From assembly GCA_040756235.1 (NCBI GenBank), contig JBFLZG010000002.1:128001-192000 (forward strand): 64,000 nucleotides of DNA, read 5' to 3'. Origin of the DNA: a bacterium. Its GTDB lineage: Bacteria; Desulfobacterota; DSWW01. The position numbers and the translations under genes are program-made. The notes beneath the pieces were generated by a model. It did not search any database. It was not told where the DNA came from and was given only the letters and a program-made list of their open reading frames with translations. This document shows, piece after piece, positions 40,837-55,265 of the stretch (positions are counted from its first letter, which is position 1; every line of letters begins with the position of its first letter).

Positions 40837-41026
40837 AGGAGGGCCCCCGCCGCTGGCCGCCGTCCGCATCTGGAAGAGCCTCGTAGCTTGGCCCGGTGCG
40901 GGTCGGCCAGGGCCCGGCGGGGGTGAATCGTCCCATCAGAGTCTCCACACTACCCTGCCCGACGCACAGCGGATCCCTTCCGAATCTCCCTTCCGGAACC
41001 CTGCAGTTAGGCCGTCGAGTCTGAAG

Positions 41027-41042
41027 CCACAAGATCTAGTGG
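41027..41042. promoter_or_regulatory. NrdR-box-like palindrome upstream of smc
   Basis: CCACAAGATCTAGTGG resembles the NrdR consensus acaCwAtATaTwGtg. Confidence 0.5.
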
Positions 41043-41081
41043 TTTGGTGCCGTAGAGAGCACTGTAAGTTGTATTTTTCTC

Positions 41082-41110
41082 TTTACAACCGTCGGAGAAG
41101 TCACTATAGT
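41082..41110 (+). promoter_or_regulatory. Sigma-70 promoter for smc
   Basis: TTTACA-17 nt-TATAGT, 32 bp before the ATG. Confidence 0.65.
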
Positions 41111-41142
41111 GTGGTGAATTTTACCACAAGGGCGCTGGCTCC

Positions 41143-44100
41143 ATGCTGATAAAATCTATTAAAATTCATGGCTTTAAATCGTTTTATAACGAAGTTGGGC
41201 TAGCTCTTAAAGACGGTATCTCTGCCATCGTGGGCCCCAATGGATGCGGCAAGAGCAACATCTTGGATGCGATCCGATGGACCCTGGGAGAACAGAATCC
41301 TCGTAAGCTGAGAGGCAACAAGATGGAGGATCTTCTGTTCAACGGCAGCGAACACTTTCCTCCGAGCGGAATGGCGCGAGTCTCCATACAGCTTTCGCCC
41401 TTGAAAGGCAGCTTCCCCCAGCCTTACTCGGAGTATGAAGAGCTGTGCCTCGAGCGAATCCTCTATCGCTCTGGTGAGAGCGAATACCGCTTGAACCAGA
41501 ACATCGTGCGATTGAAGGACATTCTGGACCTGTTCATGGATACGGGTACCGGTACTCGTGGTTATTCCATTATTCCCCAGGGGCTCGTCGGAGAGATCAT
41601 CAGCGCGAGCGCGGAGCAGAGGCGGCTGTTCATCGAGGAGGCGGCCGGAATCGTCAAGTACAAGACGAGAAAGGTGTCCGCCGTCAGGAAGATGGAGGCG
41701 ACCCGGGACAACCTCCGACACATCGAAGCTATTCTGTCCGAGATCAAGAGGCAGGTGAATGCCCTGAAGAGGCAGGCGCAGAAGGCGAGGCGGTCTCAGG
41801 AGCTCAAGGAGGAAGTTCGCAGAACCGAATGCCAACTCGCTTCTTGGCAGTTCCAGGCTTTCTTGCGGAGCGAGAGAGAGCACGAGAGGCTGAGAGAACA
41901 AAGAGAGCAGAGCCTGACTTCCTGCCTTACGGAGTTGGCCAGGGAAGAAGCCGAGATCGAGCAGATCCGGATCGACCTCATCCAGCACAATCGGCTGTCC
42001 GATGAAAACCGGGCCAAGCTGGCCGAGCAGGTGCAGGAACGCAACAGGATCGCTCACAGACAGCTCTATCTCAGGCAATCGTTGGAGGATCTGGAAAGAA
42101 GTTTGGAGGAAGGCAGGCAGGCGCTTGCCACGTACCGGGAACAGCTCCTGACGGCGCAAGGCGAAGACCAGGAGACGAGCCGGAGGCTCGAAGAGATCTC
42201 CGCGAAATCGGCCAGCATCGAGGGGGAGCTGAGCTGCTCAAGACAGAGCTACGATGAGCTCGTTTCCCGGGAGAGGGAGTTGTTGGAGGACCTGGAAACC
42301 GTCAAGGTGTCACTCTTCAGCTGCCTGTCGCGGAAAGCGGAGATCCACAACAAGCAGGTTTCGCTGCAGGAGAAGAGCAGGCACTTGGCGCAGCGTATGG
42401 AGAGGACTGTCCGCGAGATGGAGGTCCTGCAGGAGGAGAACGAGGGGCTCTCCCGGAAGCAGCAAGAGGTGAGTGCCCTGTGCCAAAGCCTGAAGCGGCA
42501 GAGAGCGTTCTTGCTCCTGCAGCGAGCCGCGCTGGAGAATTTCCAGCGAGAGCTCCGCCTCGAGGTCGAAGCGTTGACACGCGAGGTCGAGGGGTTGCAG
42601 ACGGTTCTGCACAGGAAGGCATCCCGTCTCCTGTCGCTTGAGGACCTTCAGCGGACTTACGAGGGCTGTCAGGACGGGGTCCGGGCGATCATGCAGAGGC
42701 GAGAAGGGAGCGGAGAGTGCCATCCAGGGGTCCTCGGCATGGTTGCCGATGTCATCGAGACAGAGCCCGAGTTCGAAACCGCCCTGGAGTCGGCGCTCGG
42801 CGACCGTCTCCAATACATCATCGTGGAAGAGCAAGAGAGGGGCCTGGAGGCGGTCGAGTATCTGAAGCGAGGGACCCTGGGGCGAGGCAGTTTCATCCCG
42901 CTCGAGCTGAGGGGGCAGTTGCCCCGAAAAGACGTCGCAGACGCAGAAGCGATGGCTTTTCCGATGATGGACGTGATTCGGGTGAAGGACGGTTATGACA
43001 AGGTGGCTGATTACCTGTTGGGAGACGTCGTGTTGGTTCCGGACCTCCAGGCAGGGCTTCAGTTGTGGAGAAAGAACGGGCGCCATGATCGAATCGTTAC
43101 CCGCGACGGAGACATGATCGATCCCTGGGGTGTGATCTCAGGAGGCAAGGCAAACGGCGACGCCGCGGCCACACTGTTCAAGACCAGGAGGGAGATCCGG
43201 GATCTGAAGAAGGAAGTGGAGGAGCTGGACGAGCAGCTTCGCCGCAAGAAGGACTCGTTCGACCTTACGCTGCGGAAGGTGAAGGTCTGCGAGTCCGATC
43301 TGGGTCAGCTACAGCAGGGACTCTACGCGCTGGACATGGAGATCTTGAAAGCCGAGAAGGACTTCCAGCAGGCTGACGACTCCCATAAGAGGAATGCTCA
43401 GAAGCTGACCGTTCTCGCGGCGGAGAGCCGCGATTTTCAGCAGGAAGCCGTTCAATGGACTTTTCAGGAGACGAGCAGCGTGCAGGAGCAGGAGGAGCTC
43501 ATCCAGCAAGAAGCGTGCGAAGAGAGGAGATTGTCCGAATTGTCAGAAGCCGCTGCGATCCTGGCGCGCGAAAAGGAGGAAAAGAGGGAGGATCTGAGCC
43601 GACTGAATGTCGAGGCACAGTTGCTTCGTGAGAGATGGTTGAGTTTGGCTGCTCGCCATACCGAGTTGGAGCAGAGAGTCGAGCAGTTGCGGAATGCGTC
43701 CCTGCAGAGGGAGAAGCGCTGCGAGGAAGACCTGCTGCGGCGTGCGACCTTCGCGGAAGAGTCACAGGAGAACGAGCGAGAGCTCCTCCGGATCGAAGCG
43801 CTGAGCAGGCAGTTGGAGGAGGTGTTGAGTCGACTTGCGGAAACCATCGCGGCCGAGACCTCCTCCGTGCAGTCGAGAGAGCACGGGGTCCGCTCTTTGG
43901 GTAAATCGGCGGAGGAGCTGCGAGCCGCCAGAGACGAGATTCAGCTGAAGCTGGTTGAAGTGGGGCTGAGAAGAAAGAACATCCAAGAGCAGATTTGGGA
44001 AAAGTACCGGATCGATGTCGCGCAGGAGTGCGACGCCGCAGCCGGGGATCTCTGCGAGGCTGAGGTCCGCCAGAAGCTGGACGGCCTCCATGCCGCTCTG

Positions 44101-44700
44101 GAAAGCCTGGGTGAGGTGGATCCGGCGGCGATCGAGGAATTTGAGGAATTGCAGGCCCGGCATGCCTTCTACCAGGACCAGCACGAAGACTTGAGGGCCT
44201 CTCTGGACTCGCTGCAGCGATTGATTCAACGGATCAACCGGATCACACGGTCTCGATTCCTAGAGGCTTTCGAAGGAATCAACCAGCGATTCCAGCAGGT
44301 CTTTCCGAAGCTTTTCAACGGCGGTAAAGCCTTCCTGAGATTGGAGGAAGACAAGAGCCCCCTGGAAGCCGGAGTCGAGATTGTAGCGCAACCTCCTGGC
44401 AAGAAGTTGCAGAACATCAACCTGCTGTCGGGGGGCGAGAAGAGCTTGGCTGCGCTCTCTTTGATACTGGCCATCTTCCAGTTCAAACCAAGTCCGTTCT
44501 GCATTCTGGACGAGGTGGATGCGGCCCTTGACGACGTCAATGTGAATCGTTTCAACGAGATCTTGCGGGAAATCGCAAAAGTGGCCCAGTTCATTGTGAT
44601 CACTCACAACAAGCAGACGATGGAGACGGCCGACAGCCTTTACGGCGTCACGATGCAATCGCCCGGAGTGTCGGGCATCGTATCCGTAAGATTGAACTGA
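41143..44700 (+). CDS. smc: Chromosome segregation protein SMC
   Basis: GFKSF, GPNGCGKSN, coiled coils with hinge (GRGSFIPL), LSGGEKS and LDEVDAALD. Confidence 0.97.
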   Translation: MLIKSIKIHGFKSFYNEVGLALKDGISAIVGPNGCGKSNILDAIRWTLGEQNPRKLRGNKMEDLLFNGSEHFPPSGMARVSIQLSPLKGSFPQPYSEYEELCLERILYRSGESEYRLNQNIVRLKDILDLFMDTGTGTRGYSIIPQGLVGEIISASAEQRRLFIEEAAGIVKYKTRKVSAVRKMEATRDNLRHIEAILSEIKRQVNALKRQAQKARRSQELKEEVRRTECQLASWQFQAFLRSEREHERLREQREQSLTSCLTELAREEAEIEQIRIDLIQHNRLSDENRAKLAEQVQERNRIAHRQLYLRQSLEDLERSLEEGRQALATYREQLLTAQGEDQETSRRLEEISAKSASIEGELSCSRQSYDELVSRERELLEDLETVKVSLFSCLSRKAEIHNKQVSLQEKSRHLAQRMERTVREMEVLQEENEGLSRKQQEVSALCQSLKRQRAFLLLQRAALENFQRELRLEVEALTREVEGLQTVLHRKASRLLSLEDLQRTYEGCQDGVRAIMQRREGSGECHPGVLGMVADVIETEPEFETALESALGDRLQYIIVEEQERGLEAVEYLKRGTLGRGSFIPLELRGQLPRKDVADAEAMAFPMMDVIRVKDGYDKVADYLLGDVVLVPDLQAGLQLWRKNGRHDRIVTRDGDMIDPWGVISGGKANGDAAATLFKTRREIRDLKKEVEELDEQLRRKKDSFDLTLRKVKVCESDLGQLQQGLYALDMEILKAEKDFQQADDSHKRNAQKLTVLAAESRDFQQEAVQWTFQETSSVQEQEELIQQEACEERRLSELSEAAAILAREKEEKREDLSRLNVEAQLLRERWLSLAARHTELEQRVEQLRNASLQREKRCEEDLLRRATFAEESQENERELLRIEALSRQLEEVLSRLAETIAAETSSVQSREHGVRSLGKSAEELRAARDEIQLKLVEVGLRRKNIQEQIWEKYRIDVAQECDAAAGDLCEAEVRQKLDGLHAALESLGEVDPAAIEEFEELQARHAFYQDQHEDLRASLDSLQRLIQRINRITRSRFLEAFEGINQRFQQVFPKLFNGGKAFLRLEEDKSPLEAGVEIVAQPPGKKLQNINLLSGGEKSLAALSLILAIFQFKPSPFCILDEVDAALDDVNVNRFNEILREIAKVAQFIVITHNKQTMETADSLYGVTMQSPGVSGIVSVRLN

Positions 44701-44828
44701 TCTCTCGCTCTCTCTTGCTCTGCCCCTTCCCAAATTCCTTAAGGTAAGACATCCGTTCCAAGAAAGCGGCCTAGGGGCACGTCAGGGGAATACTGATAGC
44801 GGCGCCCGGCCGCAGGAGGTCTGCTTCC

Positions 44829-46100
44829 TTGGACCGTGCGTGGGCATATGTCGAGTCCGCAAGACCGACCTTGCGCCTCTTCGTGCACGAGCATCCCTGG
44901 GTCGCGGCCCTCATCGCCCTCTTCATCAGCCTGATCGTTCTCGGGTGGTTCTTCCGCGCTTGTGCCGTGCGGCGCAGGGCCAAGAGGGTTGCGAAAGCCG
45001 GACAGGTCCGGGCCACCGAACGGGAGCCGGAGGAAGAGTCACGCCTCCGGGTGATGGAACGAGGACCTGAGGAGGCGACCTCCGTCCGACCTGGGGCGAC
45101 AGCCGCGATAGCCCAACCGGATCTACTCCCCGCACCGGTCGCGCCGACACCGGAGCCCAGGAGGGAAGAGACCTTTCTGGAGCGACTCAGGACCGGCCTG
45201 GGCAAGACGCGCGAACAACTCATCGGCCGCCTGGATCAGGTGCTGTTTAGAAGAGGCTCTGTTGAACGTGTGGACCTGGAAGAGCTCGAAGAGGTCCTTC
45301 TTTCCGCAGATATCGGTGTGAAGACCACTTATCAGCTCCTGTCTGAGATGGAAAGTGAGCTGAAGAATGGCGCAAGCAGCCCGGATCGAATGAAGGAAGT
45401 CATCAAGGGTGGCCTCTTGCGGTTGCTCACGGTCGAGTCTGCTCCGCTTGATCCCGATCGTTTGAAGCCGTTCATCGTCATGGTCGTGGGAGTCAATGGG
45501 GTTGGGAAGACAACGACGATCGGGAAGTTGGGAGCCCTGTTCGGGAGTCAGGGGAAGAAAGTCATGTTTGTGGCTGCGGACACTTTTCGAGCCGCTGCCA
45601 TAGAGCAGTTGGAGATCTGGAGCCATCGGGTAGGCGCCGATCTCGTCAAGCATAAATCCGGCGCAGACCCGTCCGCTGTCGCCTATGACGGCGTGCATGC
45701 TGCGATTTCAAGGAAGACGGATGTCGTGATCCTGGATACCGCAGGCCGGTTGCACACCAAGGCCAATCTCATGGAAGAGCTGAAGAAGGTAAAGCGCATT
45801 TTGGCCAGGGAGTGCGCGGGGGCACCTCATGAAATTTTGCTTGTGTTGGATGCGACCGGGGGCCAGAATGCGATCGTTCAATCCAAGGCCTTTCATGAGG
45901 CCTTGGGGGTGGGCGGGATCGTGCTGACCAAGATGGACGGCACCTCCAAAGGAGGGGTCATCATCGGGATCACGGCGGAGCTCAACATTCCCATTCGTTT
46001 TATAGGCATCGGAGAGGGCTTGGATGATCTGAAACCGTTCGAACCGATGGTCTTTGTGGAGGCTCTCTTCAATGAGAGCGGGAAGCAGAAGGTACAGTGA
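44829..46100 (+). CDS. ftsY: Signal recognition particle receptor FtsY
   Basis: GVNGVGKTTTIGKL, DTFRAAA, DTAGR, TKMDG and GIGE; TTG start after AGGAGGT. Confidence 0.96.
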   Translation: MDRAWAYVESARPTLRLFVHEHPWVAALIALFISLIVLGWFFRACAVRRRAKRVAKAGQVRATEREPEEESRLRVMERGPEEATSVRPGATAAIAQPDLLPAPVAPTPEPRREETFLERLRTGLGKTREQLIGRLDQVLFRRGSVERVDLEELEEVLLSADIGVKTTYQLLSEMESELKNGASSPDRMKEVIKGGLLRLLTVESAPLDPDRLKPFIVMVVGVNGVGKTTTIGKLGALFGSQGKKVMFVAADTFRAAAIEQLEIWSHRVGADLVKHKSGADPSAVAYDGVHAAISRKTDVVILDTAGRLHTKANLMEELKKVKRILARECAGAPHEILLVLDATGGQNAIVQSKAFHEALGVGGIVLTKMDGTSKGGVIIGITAELNIPIRFIGIGEGLDDLKPFEPMVFVEALFNESGKQKVQ

Positions 46101-46153
46101 CTCGCATGTGGATGCCCTCGAGAACCATGATTTCTGATCGAAGCGCCGAAAAG

Positions 46154-46182
46154 TTGACATGGATCCACAAAATTCCTATTAT
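46154..46182 (+). promoter_or_regulatory. Sigma-70 promoter for zapB-zapA
   Basis: TTGACA-17 nt-TATTAT. Confidence 0.7.
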
Positions 46183-46221
46183 TTCTATGGTTATCTTCTT
46201 GGGGCAAGGGGAATATCTGCC

Positions 46222-46458
46222 ATGGATTTCGAGAGCTTACAGCAGTTGGAAGAGCGCATCGAAGAGCTGACGACCAAATTCATCAACTTGAGGCAGGATC
46301 ATCAGAAAGCACTCGTGGATCTCGGGGAAAAGGAGAAGAAGATAGAAGAGTTGAGCGAAAGGGTGAACGAGTTCAACCAGGTCAAAGCCCGTATGCACAC
46401 GAAGATAGAGAACATTCTCAAGAGGTTGGAGTTTCTGAGGGTTCAATCCGGGACCTGA
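46222..46458 (+). CDS. zapB: ZapB-like coiled-coil cell division protein
   Basis: 78-aa all-coiled-coil (LQQLEERIEEL...IENILKRLE) directly upstream of zapA. Confidence 0.7.
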   Translation: MDFESLQQLEERIEELTTKFINLRQDHQKALVDLGEKEKKIEELSERVNEFNQVKARMHTKIENILKRLEFLRVQSGT

Positions 46459-46496
46459 GTGGGGTGGCAAAGATTGGCCCGTCCACGGGGGGTCTT

Positions 46497-46793
46497 TTGA
46501 AAAAAACAATCGATGTGCAAGTTCTCGGACAGAATGTTCGAATCCGACACGAAGATGAGGAATACATCCGGCAACTTGAGAGCTTCGTCAACGAGAGAAT
46601 CCGGATGCAGGAGGCCGACCCAAAGGCCGGTTCTAATTTGCAGTTGGCCATCCGAGGCCTGCTCACGATCGCAGACGAATACTTTACTGCGATCAGAGAA
46701 AAGGAGAGTGTCAGGAAGGAAGTCGAAGACAAAGCAAGAAAATTGATCCATTTCATTGACCAGCAAGCTGCTTTGCTTGAAGAAGGTGGCTGA
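46497..46793 (+). CDS. zapA: Cell division protein ZapA
   Basis: VQVLGQ...EEYIRQL..FVNERI...LAI..LLTIADEYF; start 46464 or 46497. Confidence 0.88.
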   Translation: MKKTIDVQVLGQNVRIRHEDEEYIRQLESFVNERIRMQEADPKAGSNLQLAIRGLLTIADEYFTAIREKESVRKEVEDKARKLIHFIDQQAALLEEGG

Positions 46794-47327
46794 TAGGAAG
46801 TCCAGAAGGAGGAGCTTGACAGGACGACATGAAAGGGACGGCTTTCGCGAGGATCAGGAGTCTTGTTGTGTGTTTTATTTGCCACTTGGTCGATCAGTGG
46901 CTAATGGGACTTTTGTTGGGTTTGCCAGGAGAGACGACCAGCCCAACCGGGAATAGCGGATGTGATGGCGACGGCCGAACTGTAAGCGCGAGGGCTGTGC
47001 TGCGCGCGGCCGGAAGATCCGAAGAGGGAGCGCTTGGGAGTCGCGGGCCCTCAGCGAGGAATGAACCACGATCTCGGGCGGCTTCGGATGCTGGGGGAGA
47101 CCGTCTTTACGAGGGCTCTTTGGGCTACTCTTGGCGCGGCGACATCATCCACCATGAAGGTACAGGAGCCAGCGACCATCGGAGATCGTGCTTGAGGGCA
47201 TTCTAGCTGGCCCTGCCTTCGGTCCTGACGAGTATTCCTTCCTCGAAAAAGCCTTTCGATCTATCCTTCCTGGGCCTGATCCTGCTTCTGGAGCCACCTG
47301 CGCACTTACACGGAGGAGGTGATCGCC

Positions 47328-48896
47328 TTGTTCTCAATGCTCATATCGATATTGCTCGCACTTGCGGCCGGTGGGGTTGGCGGTTTTTACGCAGGCAACT
47401 TGTATCGTAAGAAGGCTTATGAGTCGCGGATGGCTTCCGCGGAGGAACTCTCCAGGAAGCTCCTCGAGAATGCCAAGCAAGAAGCCGAAAACATACGCAA
47501 AGAAGCGAAGATTCTTGCTAAAGACGAGATCTTCAAGGCGCAGACGGAATTCGAACAGGAATCCAAGGAGCGTCGCGCTGAGCTTCAGCGCATGGAGAAG
47601 AGGCTCCTACAGAAGGAAGAGAACCTCGATAAGAAGATTGATCTGCTCGACAAGAGAGAGTTCGAGGCTAGTAAGAAGGAAAAGAGGGCCTTCAAGCTGG
47701 AGAAGACGGTCGAGGAGAAGCTGATCCAGCTTCAGAAGATGCAGGAAGAAGCACGAGTGAAGCTTGAAAGAATCGCGGGGATCAGCAAGGAGGAAGCCAA
47801 AAATCTTCTGATGGATTCCCTGATCGAAGAAGTGAAGCATGAATCTGCAAGGCAGATCAAGCAGATAGAGGAACGAACCAAGGAGATTGCAGACAAGAAG
47901 GCCAAGGAGATCCTGGCCTTGGCGATTCAACGCTACGGCGGAGACTATGTGGCAGAGCGCACGGTTTCCATCGTGAACCTCCCCAATGACGAGATGAAGG
48001 GGCGCATTATAGGTCGGGAAGGCAGGAACATTCGAGCCCTCGAGGCGATTACTGGAGTCGACCTGATCATAGATGATACGCCGGAAGCAGTCATCTTGTC
48101 CGCACACAACCCCCTGAGGAGAGAGGTGGCCAAAATCAGCCTGGAAAGACTGATTTCCGATGGAAGAATCCACCCGGCACGAATTGAAGAGGTCGTCAAA
48201 AAAGTTGAAGAAGAGATGGAGGAGACCATTCGGGAAATCGGAGAGCAGGCGACGTTTGACGTGGGCGTGCACGGTATCCATTTGGAACTGATCAAGTTGT
48301 TGGGCCGGTTGAAATACCGGACCAGCTTCGGACAAAACGTGCTCCAGCACTCGATCGAGGGCGCGTTCCTGTGCGGCATCATGGCTGCGGAGCTGGGTCT
48401 CGATGTGAAAGAGGCGAAGAGGGCGGCTCTTCTGCATGATATTGGAAAGGCCGTCGATCATGAGGTGGAGGGATCGCACGCGATCATCGGAGCTGACCTC
48501 GCCAGGAAGTACGGCGAGAGCGAGACCATCATCAATGCCATTGCGGCACATCATGAGGAGGTGAGGCCCGAGTCCGTGTTGCCTCTCCTGGTGCAGGCAG
48601 CCGACGCGCTCTCCGGAGCTCGACCGGGAGCGCGAAAGGAGATGCTTGAAACCTATGTGAAGAGACTGGAAGACCTGGAGAGGATTTCCTCTTCTTTCGC
48701 GGGGGTTGAGAAGTCGTACGCGATCCAAGCCGGAAGGGAGATCCGCATCATCGTCGAGAATGCTGTGGTCTCCGACGATGATGCGGTGGTCCTGTGCAGG
48801 GACATCGCCAGGAAAATCGAATCCGAGCTGAGCTATCCAGGCCAGATCAAGGTCACCGTAATCCGGGAGACCCGGGCGGTCGAGTATGCCAAGTAA
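47328..48896 (+). CDS. rny: Ribonuclease Y
   Basis: N-terminal TM, coiled coil, KH domain ([14 protein letters not shown]), HD domain (LLHDIGK) and [10 protein letters not shown]. Confidence 0.97.
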   Translation: MFSMLISILLALAAGGVGGFYAGNLYRKKAYESRMASAEELSRKLLENAKQEAENIRKEAKILAKDEIFKAQTEFEQESKERRAELQRMEKRLLQKEENLDKKIDLLDKREFEASKKEKRAFKLEKTVEEKLIQLQKMQEEARVKLERIAGISKEEAKNLLMDSLIEEVKHESARQIKQIEERTKEIADKKAKEILALAIQRYGGDYVAERTVSIVNLPNDEMKGRIIGREGRNIRALEAITGVDLIIDDTPEAVILSAHNPLRREVAKISLERLISDGRIHPARIEEVVKKVEEEMEETIREIGEQATFDVGVHGIHLELIKLLGRLKYRTSFGQNVLQHSIEGAFLCGIMAAELGLDVKEAKRAALLHDIGKAVDHEVEGSHAIIGADLARKYGESETIINAIAAHHEEVRPESVLPLLVQAADALSGARPGARKEMLETYVKRLEDLERISSSFAGVEKSYAIQAGREIRIIVENAVVSDDDAVVLCRDIARKIESELSYPGQIKVTVIRETRAVEYAK

Positions 48897-48911
48897 GCAC
48901 AAGCTGAATGC

Positions 48912-49730
48912 ATGAAAATCCTGGTTGTGGGCGATATCCTGGGCAAGGGAGGGCGGAAAGCGCTCAGGTGCCTCTTGCCGCCCATTCTCGATAAGGAGTT
49001 TGTGGATCTGGTGATCGGGAACGTCGAGAACGTGGCCGGGGGTATGGGAGTAACCAGGGATTCGCTGGCGGAAGTGAAGAACGCCGGGGTTCAGGTCATG
49101 ACTTCCGGAAACCACGTTTGGAAAAAACCAGGATTCGATGACCTGTTTAAAACAGAATCTTTTCTGCTCCGGCCCGGGAACTATCCTCCCGGCGTTCCCG
49201 GCCGCGGAATGGCAATTTGGGAAACGAATCTGGGACTTAAGGTCGGAGTCATCAACCTCCTGGGGCGGATCTTCATGGAACCGGTCGAGTGCCCTTTTCG
49301 CACGAGCGACGCGCTCGTGAGTCGCCTCGCCAACCTGGGAGTCCGGATTCGTATCGTTGATTTCCATGCCGAAGCGACTTCTGAAAAAGCGGCCCTTGGC
49401 TGGTACTTGGATGGAAGAGTGTCGGCCGTGATCGGGACGCATACTCACGTTCAAACGGCAGACGAGAGGGTGTTCCCCAAGGGGACAGGTTTCCTTTCGG
49501 ACGCAGGTATGACAGGCTCCCAAGACTCGGTGATCGGAGTCAAGACGGAATCTTCTCTCAAGAGGTTTCTTACCGGAATTCCGCAGCGTTTCGAACCTTC
49601 GAACAAGGGACTGATGCTGAATGGGGCTTTGCTGGACGTTTGTGAGTCGACCGGACGCTGTCGGGGCATTCGTAGGATCAGAAAGTACCTTGACAGCGAC
49701 GGCGCGGAATGGAATAATGGGGATGTGTGA
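48912..49730 (+). CDS. TIGR00282/YmdB-family metallophosphoesterase
   Basis: GDILG, GNVEN, TSGNH, DFHAEATSEK, GTHTHVQTAD and DAGMTG. Confidence 0.93.
   Translation: MKILVVGDILGKGGRKALRCLLPPILDKEFVDLVIGNVENVAGGMGVTRDSLAEVKNAGVQVMTSGNHVWKKPGFDDLFKTESFLLRPGNYPPGVPGRGMAIWETNLGLKVGVINLLGRIFMEPVECPFRTSDALVSRLANLGVRIRIVDFHAEATSEKAALGWYLDGRVSAVIGTHTHVQTADERVFPKGTGFLSDAGMTGSQDSVIGVKTESSLKRFLTGIPQRFEPSNKGLMLNGALLDVCESTGRCRGIRRIRKYLDSDGAEWNNGDV
49690..49718 (+). promoter_or_regulatory. Putative rrn P1 promoter (inside the 3' end of ymdB)
   Basis: TTGACA-17 nt-AATAAT with TG extension. Confidence 0.5.
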
Positions 49731-49775
49731 GAGACTTGAGTAAAGGAGGCGGCCTCAAAAAAGCTACTGAGACTC

Positions 49776-49805
49776 TTGACATCTCACTCTCTATTGAGTT
49801 AAAAT
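49776..49805 (+). promoter_or_regulatory. Putative rrn P2 promoter
   Basis: TTGACA-18 nt-TAAAAT; followed by boxA-like GTTCTTTGAAAA and a leader complementary to 51522-51556 (16S processing stem). Confidence 0.65.
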
Positions 49806-49913
49806 CAGTTTTCTTTGTCGCGATCCAATTCTTCTGGTTCTTTGAAAACCGAATAGTAGTCGGCAAGCCCAAGAAGCAAACTCGAAAATAAGCCCGTTCG
49901 GCTTATTTTACAA

Positions 49914-51487
<1,574 letters not shown>

Positions 51488-51572
51488 TCAGCGTCCATCT
51501 TGAGGACGAACTCCAGGTCAATCTTGGGCTTGCCCTACTATTCGGTTTCCAAAGAATGAATCGACCCTAAGG

Positions 51573-51649
<77 letters not shown>

Positions 51650-51668
51650 TCGCCCGGCTAGACAGATC

Positions 51669-51744
51669 GGGGGTGTAGCTCAGCTGGGAGAGCGCCTGCT
51701 TTGCAAGCAGGAGGTCATCGGTTCGAGCCCGTTCACCTCCACCA
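51669..51744 (+). tRNA. tRNA-Ala(TGC)
   Basis: GGGGGTG/CACCTCC acceptor with G3:U70, TT-TGC-AA loop and encoded CCA. Confidence 0.98.
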
Positions 51745-51838
51745 CATAGGGTGAAAAGGAAAGATCGAAGAATTCTGATATTCCCCTGCTCTTTGAAAAT
51801 TGAATAATGTGTATTCACCGTGAATTTGATTTGGCTAT

Positions 51839-54866
<3,028 letters not shown>

Positions 54867-54898
54867 TAGCCTTATATTTCTTTTCTTCTGTTCAGTTT

Positions 54899-55016
54899 TC
54901 CTGGTGGCCATAGCGGAGAGGAAACACCCGTTTCCATACCGAACACGGCCGTTAAGCTCTCCAGCGCCGATGGTACTGCAAGGGTGACCTTGTGGGAGAG
55001 TAGGTCGCTGCCAGGA
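54899..55016 (+). rRNA. rrf: 5S rRNA
   Basis: CCTGGTGGC...CCATACCGAACAC...GCCGATGGTACT...GAGAGTAGGTCGCTGCCAGG. Confidence 0.97.
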
Positions 55017-55029
55017 AATTTATATTCAA

Positions 55030-55068
55030 GGGGAGAGGATCCAACCGACGGATCCTCTCTCTTTTTTT
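55030..55068 (+). terminator. Intrinsic terminator of rrn operon
   Basis: GAGAGGATCC-AACCGAC-GGATCCTCTC stem-loop followed by a T run. Confidence 0.85.
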
Positions 55069-55265
55069 ATGGCCTTCGATCATGATGCGGACCGCCGGAG
55101 TGGAGCTGTGCCGCGCGAAGACGCGGTTGTGTACCAGATTGGCTACATTTTCGAATGCAGGTTCTTGAATTGAATCCGAAAATCAGAGGTGATGCTGTAC
55201 GGCCTGATTCTTGCTGGCTCGCTCTTACAGTCACGATCACTTCCTCTAGCAGGTAAACCCTCGAT

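Noticed and set aside
46794..46810. RNase P RNA or tmRNA in the spacer (AGGAAGTCC)
   Set aside because: Lacks GAGGAAAGTCC and the conserved 3' RNase P motif; no tmRNA-type ends
46829..47206. 125-aa ORF in the zapA-rny spacer
   Set aside because: Low-complexity Arg/Gly/Ser composition and no family motif; not a 5-formyl-THF cyclo-ligase
55200..55215. Weak sigma-54-like CGGCCTG-ATTC-TTGCT before radC
   Set aside because: GG-N10-GC spacing is right, but there are three mismatches in the -24 element and no supporting enhancer site
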